A stretch of DNA of 64,000 nt from Octopus sinensis (lineage: Eukaryota): positions 143,902,001 to 143,966,000 of the forward strand of contig NC_042998.1 in assembly GCF_006345805.1 (NCBI RefSeq). The letters are read 5' to 3'. Both the position numbers and the translations under genes were made by a program. This document shows, piece by piece, positions 38,691 to 52,415 of the stretch. The notes under the pieces are model-generated. The model saw nothing but the letters and a program-made list of their open reading frames with translations. It made no database searches and was not told where the DNA came from. Position 1 is the first letter of the stretch. Every line of letters begins with the position of its first letter.

Positions 38691-38758
<68 letters not shown>

Positions 38759-38828
38759 TATACATATATTATATATACATATATATATATATACATATAT
38801 ATATACATATATATATACATATATATAT

Positions 38829-39079
38829 GGAGGCGCGTGGCTTAGTGGTTAGGGTGTCAGCACCATGATCGTAAGATTGTGGTTTCGATTCCTGGACCGG
38901 TTGAAGCGTTGTGTTCTTGAGCAAAACACTTCATTTCATGTTGCTCCAGTCCACTCAGATGGCAAAAATTAGTAACACTGTGATGGACTGGCGTCCTGTC
39001 CAGCTGGGAAATACATATGCCATAGAAACCGGGAAACCAGGCCCATGAGCCTGGCTAGGCTTTAAAAAGGACGCAATAA
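38829..39079 (+). mobile_element. tRNA-derived SINE inserted in (TA)n
   Basis: A box TGGCTTAGTGG, B box GTTTCGATTCC, non-tRNA body. Confidence 0.85.
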
Positions 39080-39095
39080 TTATATATATATATAT

Positions 39096-39170
<75 letters not shown>

Positions 39171-39499
39171 CACACACAAAATATGGGGGTTAGTTCACAG
39201 GTGATCTAAATTACTAGGTATACTAGGTAACAACTGTAAGACTTTGAATTTTTTTCTAATAATAATGCATATGACTTGAGATGTTTGCATAGCCTTAGCA
39301 ATTATATATATATATATAATGTATGTATACACACACACATACACACATATATGCAACCATATGAAAGGCTTCTTCCAGATCCATTCACTAGGCTTTGGTT
39401 GTCCCAGGGCTATAGTAGAAGATACTTACCAAGGTGCCTCACAGGGAGACTGAACCTGAAGCCATGTGACTGGGAAGCACACTACTTAACCACATGTCA

Positions 39500-39615
39500 T
39501 GCCTGATCTCGCTTTCTCTCTCTCTCTCCCTCTCTATCTCTTGCTCTCTCTCTCTCTCTTGCTCTCTCTCGCTCTCTCTTGCATTCTCTCTCTCTCTTGC
39601 TCTCTCTCTCTCTTG

Positions 39616-39674
<59 letters not shown>

Positions 39675-40518
39675 TAATATTAATAATGTGTGTGTAGGGA
39701 GGACACATCACCCAGACATTTGGGTGTTGGGCTCTTGAGCTGGATGTCTTCAATATGCACCAGTGTCTCTATTTTGATAAGATTTCTATGGCTAGATGCC
39801 CTTCCTTACACCTTAGAATGTACTGGATGTTTTTTTTATCATGACACAAGCACCAGTGAGGTCACACACGCACACACACACACACATACACACACACATA
39901 TTTGTTGATCTTGCTTTATTTGTCACCACTCTCCATTGTCGTTTTCTCTCTGTCTCCTTCCCCTCTTGCTTTCTGGCTCTACTATTTTGCTTTGTTTTTC
40001 ATTGCTTTGTTCTGCTTTCTTCTCTTCCTCTCACCCACCTACACACTTTTCTTTCTCCCTCTCTCCTTCCTTCTCTCTCTTTCTTTCTCTCTCTCTACCT
40101 CTCCCTCCCACTCTTTCTCCTTCCTCTGACCAAAGTACTTTGTTTTTCTTCTGTACTTTTTTTTCTACTTAAGGTCAGTGTTGCACTCCAACCATTTCCT
40201 TTCTCCCTCTTTGTCTGTCTATCTGTCTATCTTTATCTCTCTCACATACACATTTACCTACCCATTTACACATATACACAAATGGATTTAATTACATATA
40301 CACAACCACAACCAACTTACACACACCACACACCACTGCCACCACAACCACTACCACCATTCCTCCAGCTACACAAGCTAATTCAATGACTTATATACAG
40401 TCATTATCATCTCGCACAGACACAGATATGCTTGAACATACAATGGTCCTACACACACTAACATGAATACACAAATACATAATTATATACAACGACATCA
40501 CCCCCCCACACACACACA

Positions 40519-40565
<47 letters not shown>

Positions 40566-41719
40566 ACACATACACACACACACACATACACACACACATG
40601 CAGTCATGTTAACATCTAGACACACAACAAAAATACATGCAGAGACCACCATGTTCACATAACACAAAAACAGCAACACAGCGAGATACACAAACACACA
40701 CAATCATACTCATGCATACACGGACACAATCTCTCACAGACACACACACACACCAAAATAAGTACAAACATAAGATAGATTACATGCAGATACTTCACCT
40801 TTACACACATACACACACACGCCCACACACATACGTAGAAAATAACAGAATACCACATATAGACAGTTATACCAACACAGGAAGACACATAACAACAAAA
40901 ATATAACATAAACACCACCACCAACACAAGTAGACATACAAACACACACATTCATAGACAGACACACACTGACTACAAAATACAAACACACACATTCATA
41001 GACAGACACACACTGACTATAAAATACAAACACACACACATACACATTTCCTCCTTTGTAACTACTAGGCCTTGACTGCCTTACACATTTGAAATGGAGC
41101 AAGTCACTCCATGTTGTTGATAATATCATCAAATGCATTTGGCTGGCAGCTGCATATTTTGGTAGTCTTCATCTATCAGCATCTATTGCAGTCACTGCAT
41201 TTTATCTTCCCCACCAACAACGACAACTGCAGCCACCACTGCATATTATCATACCCCTCAGCAACAACAAATGCAGTCACTGCATTCGATTATTCCCATC
41301 ATCCACCCCACCACCACCACCTGCAGCCACTGCATTTTATCGTTCCCACCACCATCACTACCAACAATGCCAAAAACAACTCAACTGCAGTCTATCACCC
41401 ACCACCACCACCACCACTACTACCACCATCAAACAACTGCATCCACTGCATTCAATCATCTGCATCACTACCACCAACTGCAGCCACAAAATTTTTCCCA
41501 AACACCAACAACAACAGCTGCAGCCACTGCGTTTCACACCGCCAACCTCACAAAGTTCAGTCCCACTGCATGGCACCTTGGGCAAGTGTCTTCTACTATA
41601 GCCTCAGGCTGACCAAAGTCTTGTGAGTGGATTTGGTAGACGGAAACTGAAAGAAGCCCGTCATATATATGTATGTGTGTGTATATATATTATATATATA
41701 TATAATATATATATATATA

Positions 41720-41750
<31 letters not shown>

Positions 41751-42830
41751 CATATATATATAATATGCATGTATGTGTGTGTGTATATGTTTGTGTGTCT
41801 GTGTTTGTCCCCCCCAACATCGCTTGACAACCGATGCTGGTGTGTTTAAGTCCCTGTAACTTAGCAGTTCGGCAAAAGAGACTGATAGAATAAGTACTAG
41901 GCTTACAAAGAATAAGTCCTGGGGTCGATTTGCTCGACTAAAGGCAGTGCTCCAGCATGGCCGCAGTCAAATGACTGAAACAAGTAAAAGCGTAAGAGTG
42001 CATTTTACATCAAAAGTCAATATGAGAGTTTCTCTTATGGTAACTTCCACAGTATAGTTTATTCTAGTAAAACACCTACATTTAAATGGGGATAACTGCT
42101 TATCATGGTTTCTACAGCTAGATGTCCTTCCTACTGCCAACCACTTTACAGTGAGTACTGGGTGTTCTTTCTGCGCCACTGGTACTAGTGAGGTTGCCAA
42201 GTAACTTGCAAGACTAAGTAAAGAAAAGAAAAGGAAAAATCCACCTTGACTGAGTGGAGAGTGTATTTGAGAGGGGAGTGTAGAGGAAATAGATGGCTGC
42301 TCTGCATTATGTGAAGGCGAGTGAGAGTAGCTGGAAAGGAGATAAAGATAGGGATTAGAGTTTGCATACATCACCACCACATGCTATCACCACAACCAGC
42401 ACTACTGCAGCCACCAACATCACCACAACCACTGCTGCCACTGCCACTGCCATCAACACCACCATCACCACCACCACCACCACCACAACCACCACCAACA
42501 CCACCACCAATAACAACAACAACAACACTACTACTACAAGCACCACTACCACCACCACCACAACCATCACCACCACCACCACCACCACCATCACCAATAC
42601 TACTACTACTACATTACATATACCACCAATACTACTGTAACCATCACTACCACCACAATCAGCACTTTTGCAAACATCACCACCATCAATACTACTACAA
42701 CCATCACTGCATCATCACCACTATCACCACCATCATTACAACACTACTGCAAAGCAGTAAAATATTACAACAGGTAATCACTGCCACCACCATCACCACT
42801 ATCAACATCACCACAGCTATCACCTCGCCC
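39500..42830. repeat. Low-complexity block ((CT)n, (CA)n, (CAC)n); contains a CORE-type SINE at 41545-41995 (+)
   Basis: Composition; SINE core and tail recognisable. Confidence 0.88.
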
Positions 42831-43739
42831 CTGGCACCTAATTAAAAAAATACCATCATAACATGTCACTGTAACAGGTCAGCAATATAACTACAAGAAT
42901 CGCAACAACAACAACATTAGCCCAAGCCACAGTGGAGACATCATAACAGACATAATGCCATGTATATATATATATATATATTCCATTGATATCACAAACA
43001 CTACTCAGACGTAAACAAGGCTAGAAATATAGGCATTCAAGACAGCAACAGTAAAGATATCAATGTAAGCCAATGAGGGAGCTTTTAAGTAGTCACTTGA
43101 TCTGCTAGAAATAGCAGCCAAGTCTTCCTTGAATCATACCCTTATAATATTGATTTCAAATTTTGGCACAAGGCCAACAATTTCGGTGGAGAGGGTAAGT
43201 TGATTACATAAAATCCCAGTTCTCAACTGGTACTTATTTTATCAACCCCAAAAGGATGAATGGAAACTTGAACTCAGAATATAAAGATGGACAAAATGCT
43301 GCTAAGCATTTTATCTGGCATACTAACAATTCTGTAAGCTTTCCACCTTAGTTACGTGGATGTATTATTGATTTCAAATTTTGGCACAAGGCCAGCAATT
43401 TCAGGGGAGGGGGCAAGTCGATTACATCAACCCCAGTGTTCAACTGGTGCTTATTTTATTAATCCCAAAAGGAGGAAAAGCTAAAGTCAACCTTGGCAGA
43501 ATTTGAACTCAGAACATAAACATGCTAATGATTCTTCCAGCTCACCAGCTTACACATATTAAAAATGGAATAATGTGGTTCTCGATAACTTAAAAAGATG
43601 GAATGGTCATGCTTGGAAAGTTGCGAATCAAAGGTCTGCTTAATCAGATTGACTTAAGGTAAAAACAATGATAACAATAACCACAGTTAAAACTACCATA
43701 AAACCATTCTGCAAGACTGCACACCCTACTTAGCACATT

Positions 43740-44332
43740 CCTAAACAATATAATTGGGGAAATTTAATATGCACAACACTCATAGTAGTGAGACATGGGC
43801 TCTGAATGCAGTAGGCATATGAAGGTTAGAGAGGAATAAAGCAAGTATGTTCCATTGGATGTGCAATTTCTGTGTACAAGTGTGACAGAGAGCTAGTGTG
43901 TTGAGAGAAAAGTTTGGTATAAAAGGAATTAGATGCAGTGTGCAAGACAGAAGACAGTGCTGGTGTGGTCATGTGATGCAAATGGATGAGGATAGTGCTA
44001 ATCACTTAAAGTAGATGGAACTTGAGGAAAAGGAAGACCTGGGAAGACATGGGATGAAGTAGTGAAGGTTGATCTCAAAATACTGAGTCTTATAAAGGAG
44101 ATGACAAAGGACCAAGATATCTGGTACCAACATATCTGATGTTTTCAAGAAGACCCATCAACCATAGCAGAATTGATACTGATGCTGGTGCCATATGAAA
44201 AGCAGTGGTGCTGGTGCCATATAAAAAGCACCCAATATACTGTGTGGAGTGGTTGGTATTAGGAAGGGCATCAGGTCATAGAAACTATGCCAGAACTGAA
44301 GATGGAAACTAGTGCAGTCCCAACAGACATTA

Positions 44333-44368
<36 letters not shown>
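43740..44368 (+). mobile_element. Decayed RTE 3' end with (GAT)n tail
   Basis: HSSETWALNA, GRPGKTWDEVVK-like codons; gtggttggtattaggaagggcatc tail motif. Confidence 0.85.
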
Positions 44369-44372
<4 letters not shown>

Positions 44373-46892
44373 CATTATTCCTTGTACAAAAGTAAAAGAG
44401 ATATTAAAAGAAGGAGAGATAATGTAGAGATATCACATTTAATCTTCTTTTACATCCTAAACAATTGTCACTGACACACATACAGGGATAAAACTAAGGA
44501 TAATGCCATACACAACATGCGAATACCTCACAGAAATAAAACTTAACATTAAAAATAACATAGAAAATAATAAAGAGAATAAACCACTAAAATCCAGAAA
44601 ATCAGGTAAATATTTATTAACCATGAAACATTCATGTTTCATGTCATAACTTGAAGTAACATACTCATGCTTCAACAACATTAATCACAAAGAAGACAAA
44701 AGCTTAAATGCAAATTACCCCTGCTCCACCTACACAATGGATTTGGGCCCCATGTAGCCATTAGGTACCAGAAAAGAAATAAGGAAATCTAAATATGCTC
44801 AAGATTCAGAGACTAACATAATCACAGATATACATAGGTCCAGGCATTGCTGTATGGTTAAAAAGCTTGCTTCCCAACCATGTGCTTTTGGGTTCAGTTC
44901 CACATTAAACATCTACAAACTAGGCATACAAAATCTAACATCTTGCTTCTTACTAACAATATCAAGGAAATACAGCCAATTGTTGGGTTTCAATTCTATA
45001 AATATTGGTTTCATATTTTTGGCACAAGGCCAGCAACTTCGGTGGAGGGATTAAGTCAATTACATCAACCCCATTGTTCAACTGGTACTTATTTTATCAA
45101 CCTCAAAAGGATGAAAGTTAAAATCGACCTCAATGGAATTTGAACTCAAAATGTAAAGACAGATGAAATGCCACTAAGTATTTTGCCCAGCATACTAATG
45201 ATTCTGCCAGCTCACTACCTTCAACACTATAAATATTACAATTCACATACCGAAAACAAAATTACTATAACCCCTCTACAGTCTTCATATTACACACTGA
45301 AACAAAAATTACAGTTGATAAAAGTAACCTCAAAGATTCATAAACACAAAGCCCTAACAGAGCACTCACAACATTACTTCATATGAAAGTTTCTTAATCT
45401 CCCTATCTTGAATATGAAGCCCCTAATCATTAAATCTATGTTGAAGGGGTTATCCAACACTAGAAAGAGACTTGAAGCTTACAGTCATCATCATCATTTC
45501 ATTTCTCTTGTAAGAATAAGGTTAATTTGATCATTTAGCTTGATGATTTTCTACACTCTTGCAACCTCTACTCACCAACACATCCTGATCTTCTGTCCCT
45601 ACTCACTTCTATTTGCCTTGTACCCTGAGAGTCTACCCTTACACTTCACCACCACTAATTTATCTCTCTCTCCACTTAATTTTCCTGTAACATGAAATAG
45701 CTATGAGCTCCTTTACAGCAAGAAACCTGTTTTGTTCTGATCCCTTCCCTCATACTTTAACTGCTCATATCCTAGCATAATACCAACTCCATCTCTACTG
45801 TAATCTCATTCAATCAAACAGGATCATAGTTTTGCATGGTAACCTCAATTGCACCAGTGCCATAAAATTAAGTATGCTGGATTAAGAGTTTAGTCATGAG
45901 GCTAAACAACAACAGCTCAACTGTCTCAATAGTCATGTCTTCCATTGTGCTGTTATCAACAAGGACCTAAATGTTGTTATTGATGGTGGTGGAAGTACTT
46001 AATGAGAATGAAAGTGCACTCATACTTAAGACCATCTGTGTGTGTGTGTGTGCTGGTCATAAGTTGATGCAGATGTTGTCATATAATTCAATGTACTATA
46101 CTTCAGTAATTGTCTGTCTCTAACCATCAGTCTTTTCACACTCTCATGAACTTATATTTCTGTTTCTCCATCACTTATCTTTATCTTAATATTCACCTTA
46201 TACCTTGAGGGTATGTCTCACCATCTTTTCTCTCTTTCCAACTGAGGAAGCCATATATCTCCTCTTCAGCAAAACACTTGTTCCTGTCCTTCTATCACAC
46301 TTTAACCTCTCAGCACCTAGAATAAAGCCACCTATCTCAATACTGTACCCTGATTCAGTTGAAAGGTCTTGTCTTGTGAGTTACTTGGTGACCTAACTAG
46401 TGCCAACGGCATGGAAAAAAAAAGCACTGAGAAGACTCTGTTTGGCATTAGAAAAGGCATCAACCATAGAAGTCATGCCAAAGCAGAAACTGGAGCTCAG
46501 CACAGTCTTCTGTCTTGTGAGTTCCTGTCAAACTGTCCAACCAACCCATGCCAGCATGGAAAACAGACATAATGATGAAGATGGATGATGTGTGTGTGTG
46601 TGTGTGCTAGTTAGAAAATCTCTATAAGGGGTGGACTATTAGCTATTTTGCTGTTGCAAGATCAGTGACTGTTGCCACTTTATTTTTCTATATATTGTGA
46701 GCTGGAGCAAACTACTGCTATCTCTAGCAGACAAGTATCCACCACTAACGGTGAGCACAAATAGTTTGAAGCCACACAGTCTGGTAATCTCATCATCTGC
46801 TAGATGATGGTAGGGGCTCTGCTTACAATATATATATATATATCACTCCCTTGCTTGCAATATGTATCACTCTCCTGCTTGCAATATATATG

Positions 46893-46923
<31 letters not shown>

Positions 46924-47149
46924 CGCTCCCCTGCTTGTAATATATATCAGGAGGATACCAGCTGGAAGGGGCATCACCTGAGGTTAAAATGGCAGTAACA
47001 TCGACTCCTAAGGAACAGCCATGGTTCCGCTAATCTGCTAACAGCTAATTAGTGCTTTTATTCACTTCTGGAAGAATGCATTATTTCAGCTTGGCTGTGT
47101 TTGTAGACAGTTGAAAAGAATACTTTTAACAAACAAAATTAAATGATAG

Positions 47150-48010
47150 CATTGTAGTTGTGGGCGGACCTGCTTGTACTTGTAGTTGCAAGTGGGACCC
47201 CTTAATCTCCTGGCAACCAATATTTTTAGACCCAGTCCACCTCTGGTGATGACACCGCTGCAGACCTTAACTTATTTTGATGTTGGCTTCCTGACGGAGT
47301 ACACCTAGGTGATGTCTAATGTTACCAAGGCCTTAGATAAAATCCAGTAGGAAGACCAGGCTTATCTTTAGTGCCTTCTGCCAACTGTAGTGGCTACCAT
47401 CATGAAGTTGAAGTTCAAACATCTCATGTACTGTAGTCCTCTAGTAGACACGATACTGGCAAGCATCACAAAATGGTTTGGGCTCCTCTTAGAAGACCTG
47501 GAGTACCAGCTGGCTTCTACATTCCATGTTAAGTTTCACCTGTCCTGGCTGGTGCAGTATAATAACAGCCAGGTTAGCAGAGTAACAAACTCCATGGAGA
47601 CCATCATAGAGACAGCCCTAATTGAGACCAATATGAAGAGTAGCAGCACCACCAGCAATGAAGATGAGGAAGATGATTTCATCAGCAACATCACTTGGTT
47701 CGGGGAGAGTAGGAGCCACAGGTCACTGAAATCCAAGGTGCACAACTTGGTGAAGACCTGGCTGGAGGCCATCTCAAAGGAGGTCCTGACTGAAGTTGCC
47801 TTTTTCGGTGAGCAGGTCTTGATCGATCAGTTCACCAAGTGTAACACCACCATCTCATCCAGTGCTGCAGTTGAGTGCCTTTTCTCTACAGGCAAAAATA
47901 TTTTGAGGGCCAAAAGAGTCACCCTGTCAGATGGTAACTTTGAGAGGCTGATGTTTATGAAGGGCAACCAGCTTCACGTCAAGGCAATGGAGAAGGCTCA
48001 GCTAGTATAG
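47150..48010 (+). pseudogene. hAT transposase C-terminal relic (Ac/Tol2-like dimerisation domain)
   Basis: FLTEY*VM..ALDKIQ*ED..L*CLLPTV upstream with in-frame stops; open ORF ending CNTTISSSAAVECLFSTGKNIL..RVTLSDGNFERLMFMKGN. Confidence 0.88.
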
Positions 48011-48303
48011 AACACTTTGATCATCATCTGATCTTGGCATGATGCCTATGCTATACTATACCATTTTGATTCCTTTAATACTTTTTGTACAATGCACAAA
48101 GTGTACGTTGACTGAAAAACTAATGTTTAATTTCATTTGTTCATTTCATTATTTGCGTACACCTTGATGTGTTATAATTAATTTAATAGTTATTATTGGG
48201 TATAATATTTTAGAATATTGAGTTATACTAGTTGAAGATTATATTATATTAAAAGGTATATATATATACATATATATATATATAGAGAGAGAGAGAGAGG
48301 AGG

Positions 48304-48394
<91 letters not shown>

Positions 48395-49520
48395 GTATAT
48401 ACTCCAAATAAAAAGACAAAGAAATCCTTTAACACATCTTTAATGATTCATTACAATTGTTTCTATACCAACTCTGCTTGCAAAGCCAGTTTATGCAATA
48501 TTCAAAATGACAATTTATGTAATATTTGTGGTGTTAGACATTAAGGTGGCACTTCATCAGACTTGTATCAAAGGTGTGCTTTTACATTGTGCCATACACA
48601 CACACACAATAGGCTTCAATAGTTTCAATCTAGCAAATTCACTCAGAATGCATTGGTCAGTCTGGGGCTATAGTAGAAGACACTTGCCCAAGGTGTTGCA
48701 CAGTGGGACTGAACCCGGAATGATGTGATCGCAAACTGAGCTTCTTAAGTGCACAGCAACATCTGTGTCTAAAATAAACCCCCCAAAATAATATATATAT
48801 ATATATACATAACAAAGGCAGGTGATTTTCTTTGTTGTCTTGTATGTGCGTGTGTGAGATAATGGAGAAATGCAACAGATGGTGAGACACTATGTTACAA
48901 CCCATTCAAACAATCATGAAGAAAAAGAATGAACATAAAACGATGATGATTGTATGTGTATGTGTGTCAACTTATATTTTATGGTTTGATCAAACTCAGC
49001 AATGAAAGTACCTGGTGTGTGTGTGTATGTGTGTGCGTGTGTGCGTGTGTGTGTGTGCGTGTGTGTGTGTGCATGTGCGTTTCTGTTACAAAAGATTTTA
49101 GTCTTTTTTCTTTTGTTTTATTCCGTCATTATTTGTTCCCGTCATTAGACTGTGGCCATGCTGGAGCTCTGCTTTAAAGAACTTATTTAGTCAAACACAA
49201 CTCCAGCACTTATTTCAAGTCTGATACATATTGACCTCTTTTTGCTGAATTACTAGGTTATGAGGATGTCAACAAACCCTCAAAGATTTTCAAGTACTAG
49301 CAGTGGTAGGGGTGTTACAAACACACTCACACACATACACATATACTCACACACATGTATGTATGTATGAATGTGTATGTATGTGTGTATGCATGTGTGT
49401 ACATATGTGTGTGTATGTATGTATGTATGTATGTATGTATGTATGTATGTTTCCCTTTGTCTTGACATCAACTGATAGTTGCTTGCAAGTGCCAAAGAAA
49501 TATAAGTGATATCATTTTCT

Positions 49521-49755
49521 TATTTCTTTATTGCCCACAAGGGGCTAAACACAGAGGGGACAAACAAGGACAGAAAGAGGGATTAAGTCGATTACATCGG
49601 CCCCAGTGCATAACTTGTACTTAATTTATCAGCCCCGGAAGGATGAAAAGTAAAGCCAACCTTGGCAGAATTTGAACTCAGAACGTAACGGCAGATGAAA
49701 TACCGCTAAGCATTTTGCCCGGCGTGCTAACATTTCTGCCAGCTCGCCACCTTAA
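49521..49755 (-). mobile_element. Young full-length MetaSINE-like copy with 17-bp TSD
   Basis: AAGTGATATCATTTTCT at 49504-49520 and 49756-49772. Confidence 0.92.
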
Positions 49756-50673
49756 AAGTGATATCATTTTCTACCAATCTTCCATGAAAGTATGTCCAAA
49801 CAAGAAGAAACATAAACTTACTTGGAAACAGGTAAGGGTTGGCAAAAGCAAGGGCATCTGGCCATGAAACAATGCCTCACTAATATCCATCTAACTCATG
49901 TAAACATGAACAAAGAAATATTTTTCTACTCTAGGCACAAGGTCCAAAAGTTTTGGAGAGGAGGCCAGTTGATTAGATCAGCCCCAGTATGCAACTGATA
50001 CTTAATTTATTGACCCCAAAAGAATGAAAGGCAAAGTTGACCTCGACGGAATTTGAACTCAGAACATAAGGACAGATGACATGCCAGTAAGCATTTTGCC
50101 TGGTGTGCTAATGTTTCTGCCAGCTCACTGCATGAACAAAGAAATGGCTATAAACAAATGAATGAAATATAAGATATAGTGGGGCAGGGGGTGCATGAAT
50201 GTTGATACTTTGCTTGTTGGTTGAGCAAAATGATGGTGATGTTTACATTTCTTGTTGATATTATGACCAACTAGTCTCTCTGTGCTTCCAAATATTTGTG
50301 GAGTAAAAAGAAAATCCCTAACTTGAAAAGCAGGTGAGCGTTGGTGATAGGAAGAGCATTCGGCCTTAAAATTGTATCTTGAAACCAATTCCTTCTCAAG
50401 CCTTGCTAGCATGGAAAAATAATTAAGATCATGATTATAAACACAATGCACTTTACCTTTTGCTTGTTTCAGTTATTGGACTGTGGCCATTCTGGAGCAC
50501 TACCTTGACTGATTTAGATAAACAATTTGACTCCAGTACTTATTTTTTAAAGTTTGGTACTCATTCTATTGAACTCTTTGCTGAACCACTAAGATACTAG
50601 GTTGTGAGCAAACCAACACCAGTTATCAAGCAATGGTAGGCGAACAAACACAAAGAGACACACATGTACATAT

Positions 50674-51093
50674 TACTCTTTTACTCTTTTACTTGTTTCA
50701 GTCATTTGACTGTGGCCATGCTGGAGCACCGCCTTTAGTCGAGCAAATTGACCCCGGGACTTATTCTTTGTAAGCCCAGTACTTATTCTATCGGTCTCTT
50801 TTGCCAAACCGCTAAGTGCGGGGATGTAAACACACCAGCATCGGTTGTCAAGCAATGCTAGAGGGACAAATACAGACACACAAACATATACACACACATA
50901 CATATATATATACATATATATATATATACATATATACGACAGGCTTCTTTCAGTTTCCGTCTACCAAATCTACTCACAAGGCTTTGGTCGGCCCGAGGCT
51001 ATAGCAGAAGACACTTGCCCAAGATGCCACGCAGTGGGACTGAACCCGGAACCATGTAGTTGGTTAGCAAGCTACTTACCACACAGCCACTCC
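50674..51093 (-). mobile_element. Young full-length CORE-type SINE, flanked by older SINE tails (50455-50665, 51094-51320)
   Basis: Intact head ggagtggctgtgtggtaag..gggttcagtccc, retained CpGs, (TAAAAGAG)n tail. Confidence 0.92.
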
Positions 51094-51291
51094 TTTTATT
51101 CTTTTACTTGTTTCAGTCATTTGACTGTGGCCATGCTGGAGCACCACCTTAAAGGGTTGTAATCGAAGAAATTGACCCCTGCACTTATTCTTTGTAAGCC
51201 TAGTACTTGTTCTATCAGTCCCTTTTGCTGAACTGCTAAGTTACAGAGACATAAACACACCAGCATTGGTTGTCAAGCAATAGTAGTAGGA

Positions 51292-51328
<37 letters not shown>

Positions 51329-51332
51329 TATA

Positions 51333-52195
51333 TGAGTTCTGATCAATAAGTATTCAGACTGTTGCCATAGTAACAAAGCTAAAGCACACAGAGTGAAACC
51401 ACTTGGCAAAGATTGACCTTGAATGCTGCTGTGCATGCACACTAAGTTTTGACATTCTAGCTCACTTCTGCTGTTTGCAGCAGTGCTTAGAAAGAAGGGG
51501 TGTAGCGTGTAATCATTGCATTGACCACAACAGAGAAACTTATCATGGCAACACCTGCTCAGAGGCCAATGCAAAGTTGCAGAGAGTGTATGGAGAGGAG
51601 TGTATGAGCCACACACAAGTGTACAAGAGGTTCAGATGGCCAAAAAAATGTCGATATTGATGAACATTCTGGGAGACCTGCAACCAACAGAACTGAGAAA
51701 AACATTGCATATATGCATGCAGCTGTGAGGGGAAATTATCAAATCACCATCTGTGAGTTATCAGAGAATGTGCAGATTAGTTATGGTCCAGTTCAGTCCA
51801 TTATCACTGTTGATTTGGGTATGAGACATGTGTCTGCCAAGTTTATGCCAAAACTTTCAGCTGACCAAAAAGACACTCGGGTTTCAGTTGCAAGTGATCT
51901 CCTTGATTGTGTTGAGAATGATAAAAACTTTTTGAAAACTTTGCATAGGCCTCTGAACAGGTATCGCCAAGCTTTTGGCAAAATTTAATACAGGTTCTCT
52001 GCTCAACTTTCTCTGTCATGGTCAATGTAATGATCACACACTACACACCTTCCTTCCAAGCACTGCTGTAAACAGCAAAAGTGAGCTAGAATGTTAAAAC
52101 TTAGTGTGCATGCACAGCAGAGTTCAAGGTCAATCTGTGCCAAGTGACTTCACTCTGCCTACTTTAGCTTCGTTACTATGGCAACAGTCCAGATA
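51333..52195. mobile_element. Fold-back mariner derivative made of two 5' ends
   Basis: Plus-strand transposase N-terminus to ENDKNFLKT, then an inverted copy of the TIR, 5' UTR and first ~30 codons (MTEKVEQRTCIKFCQKLGDTCSEAYAK). Confidence 0.85.
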
Positions 52196-52298
52196 TAGAT
52201 ATATATATATTTAGTATTTCTAAATTGAATTTTTCCCTGTAAGTCTGGAATAATATTCCCTCATATTATTATTATTGTTGTTGTTGTTATTATTATTA

Positions 52299-52344
<46 letters not shown>

Positions 52345-52362
52345 GCTGTTGTTGTTGTTATT

Positions 52363-52415
<53 letters not shown>

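Noticed and set aside
38829-38905. tRNA gene
   Set aside because: A/B boxes are present but there is no acceptor stem, and it continues into a SINE body shared with 34700-34985.
45701-45730. Hammerhead-like CTATGA-GCT..AGC-AAGAAAC
   Set aside because: Core broken and no stem I; at most a heavily decayed relic.
46242-46285. Hammerhead-like CTGAGGA-AGCC..GC-AAAAC
   Set aside because: GAAA is altered and stems I and III do not pair in this copy; may be a relic but cannot be supported from this sequence.
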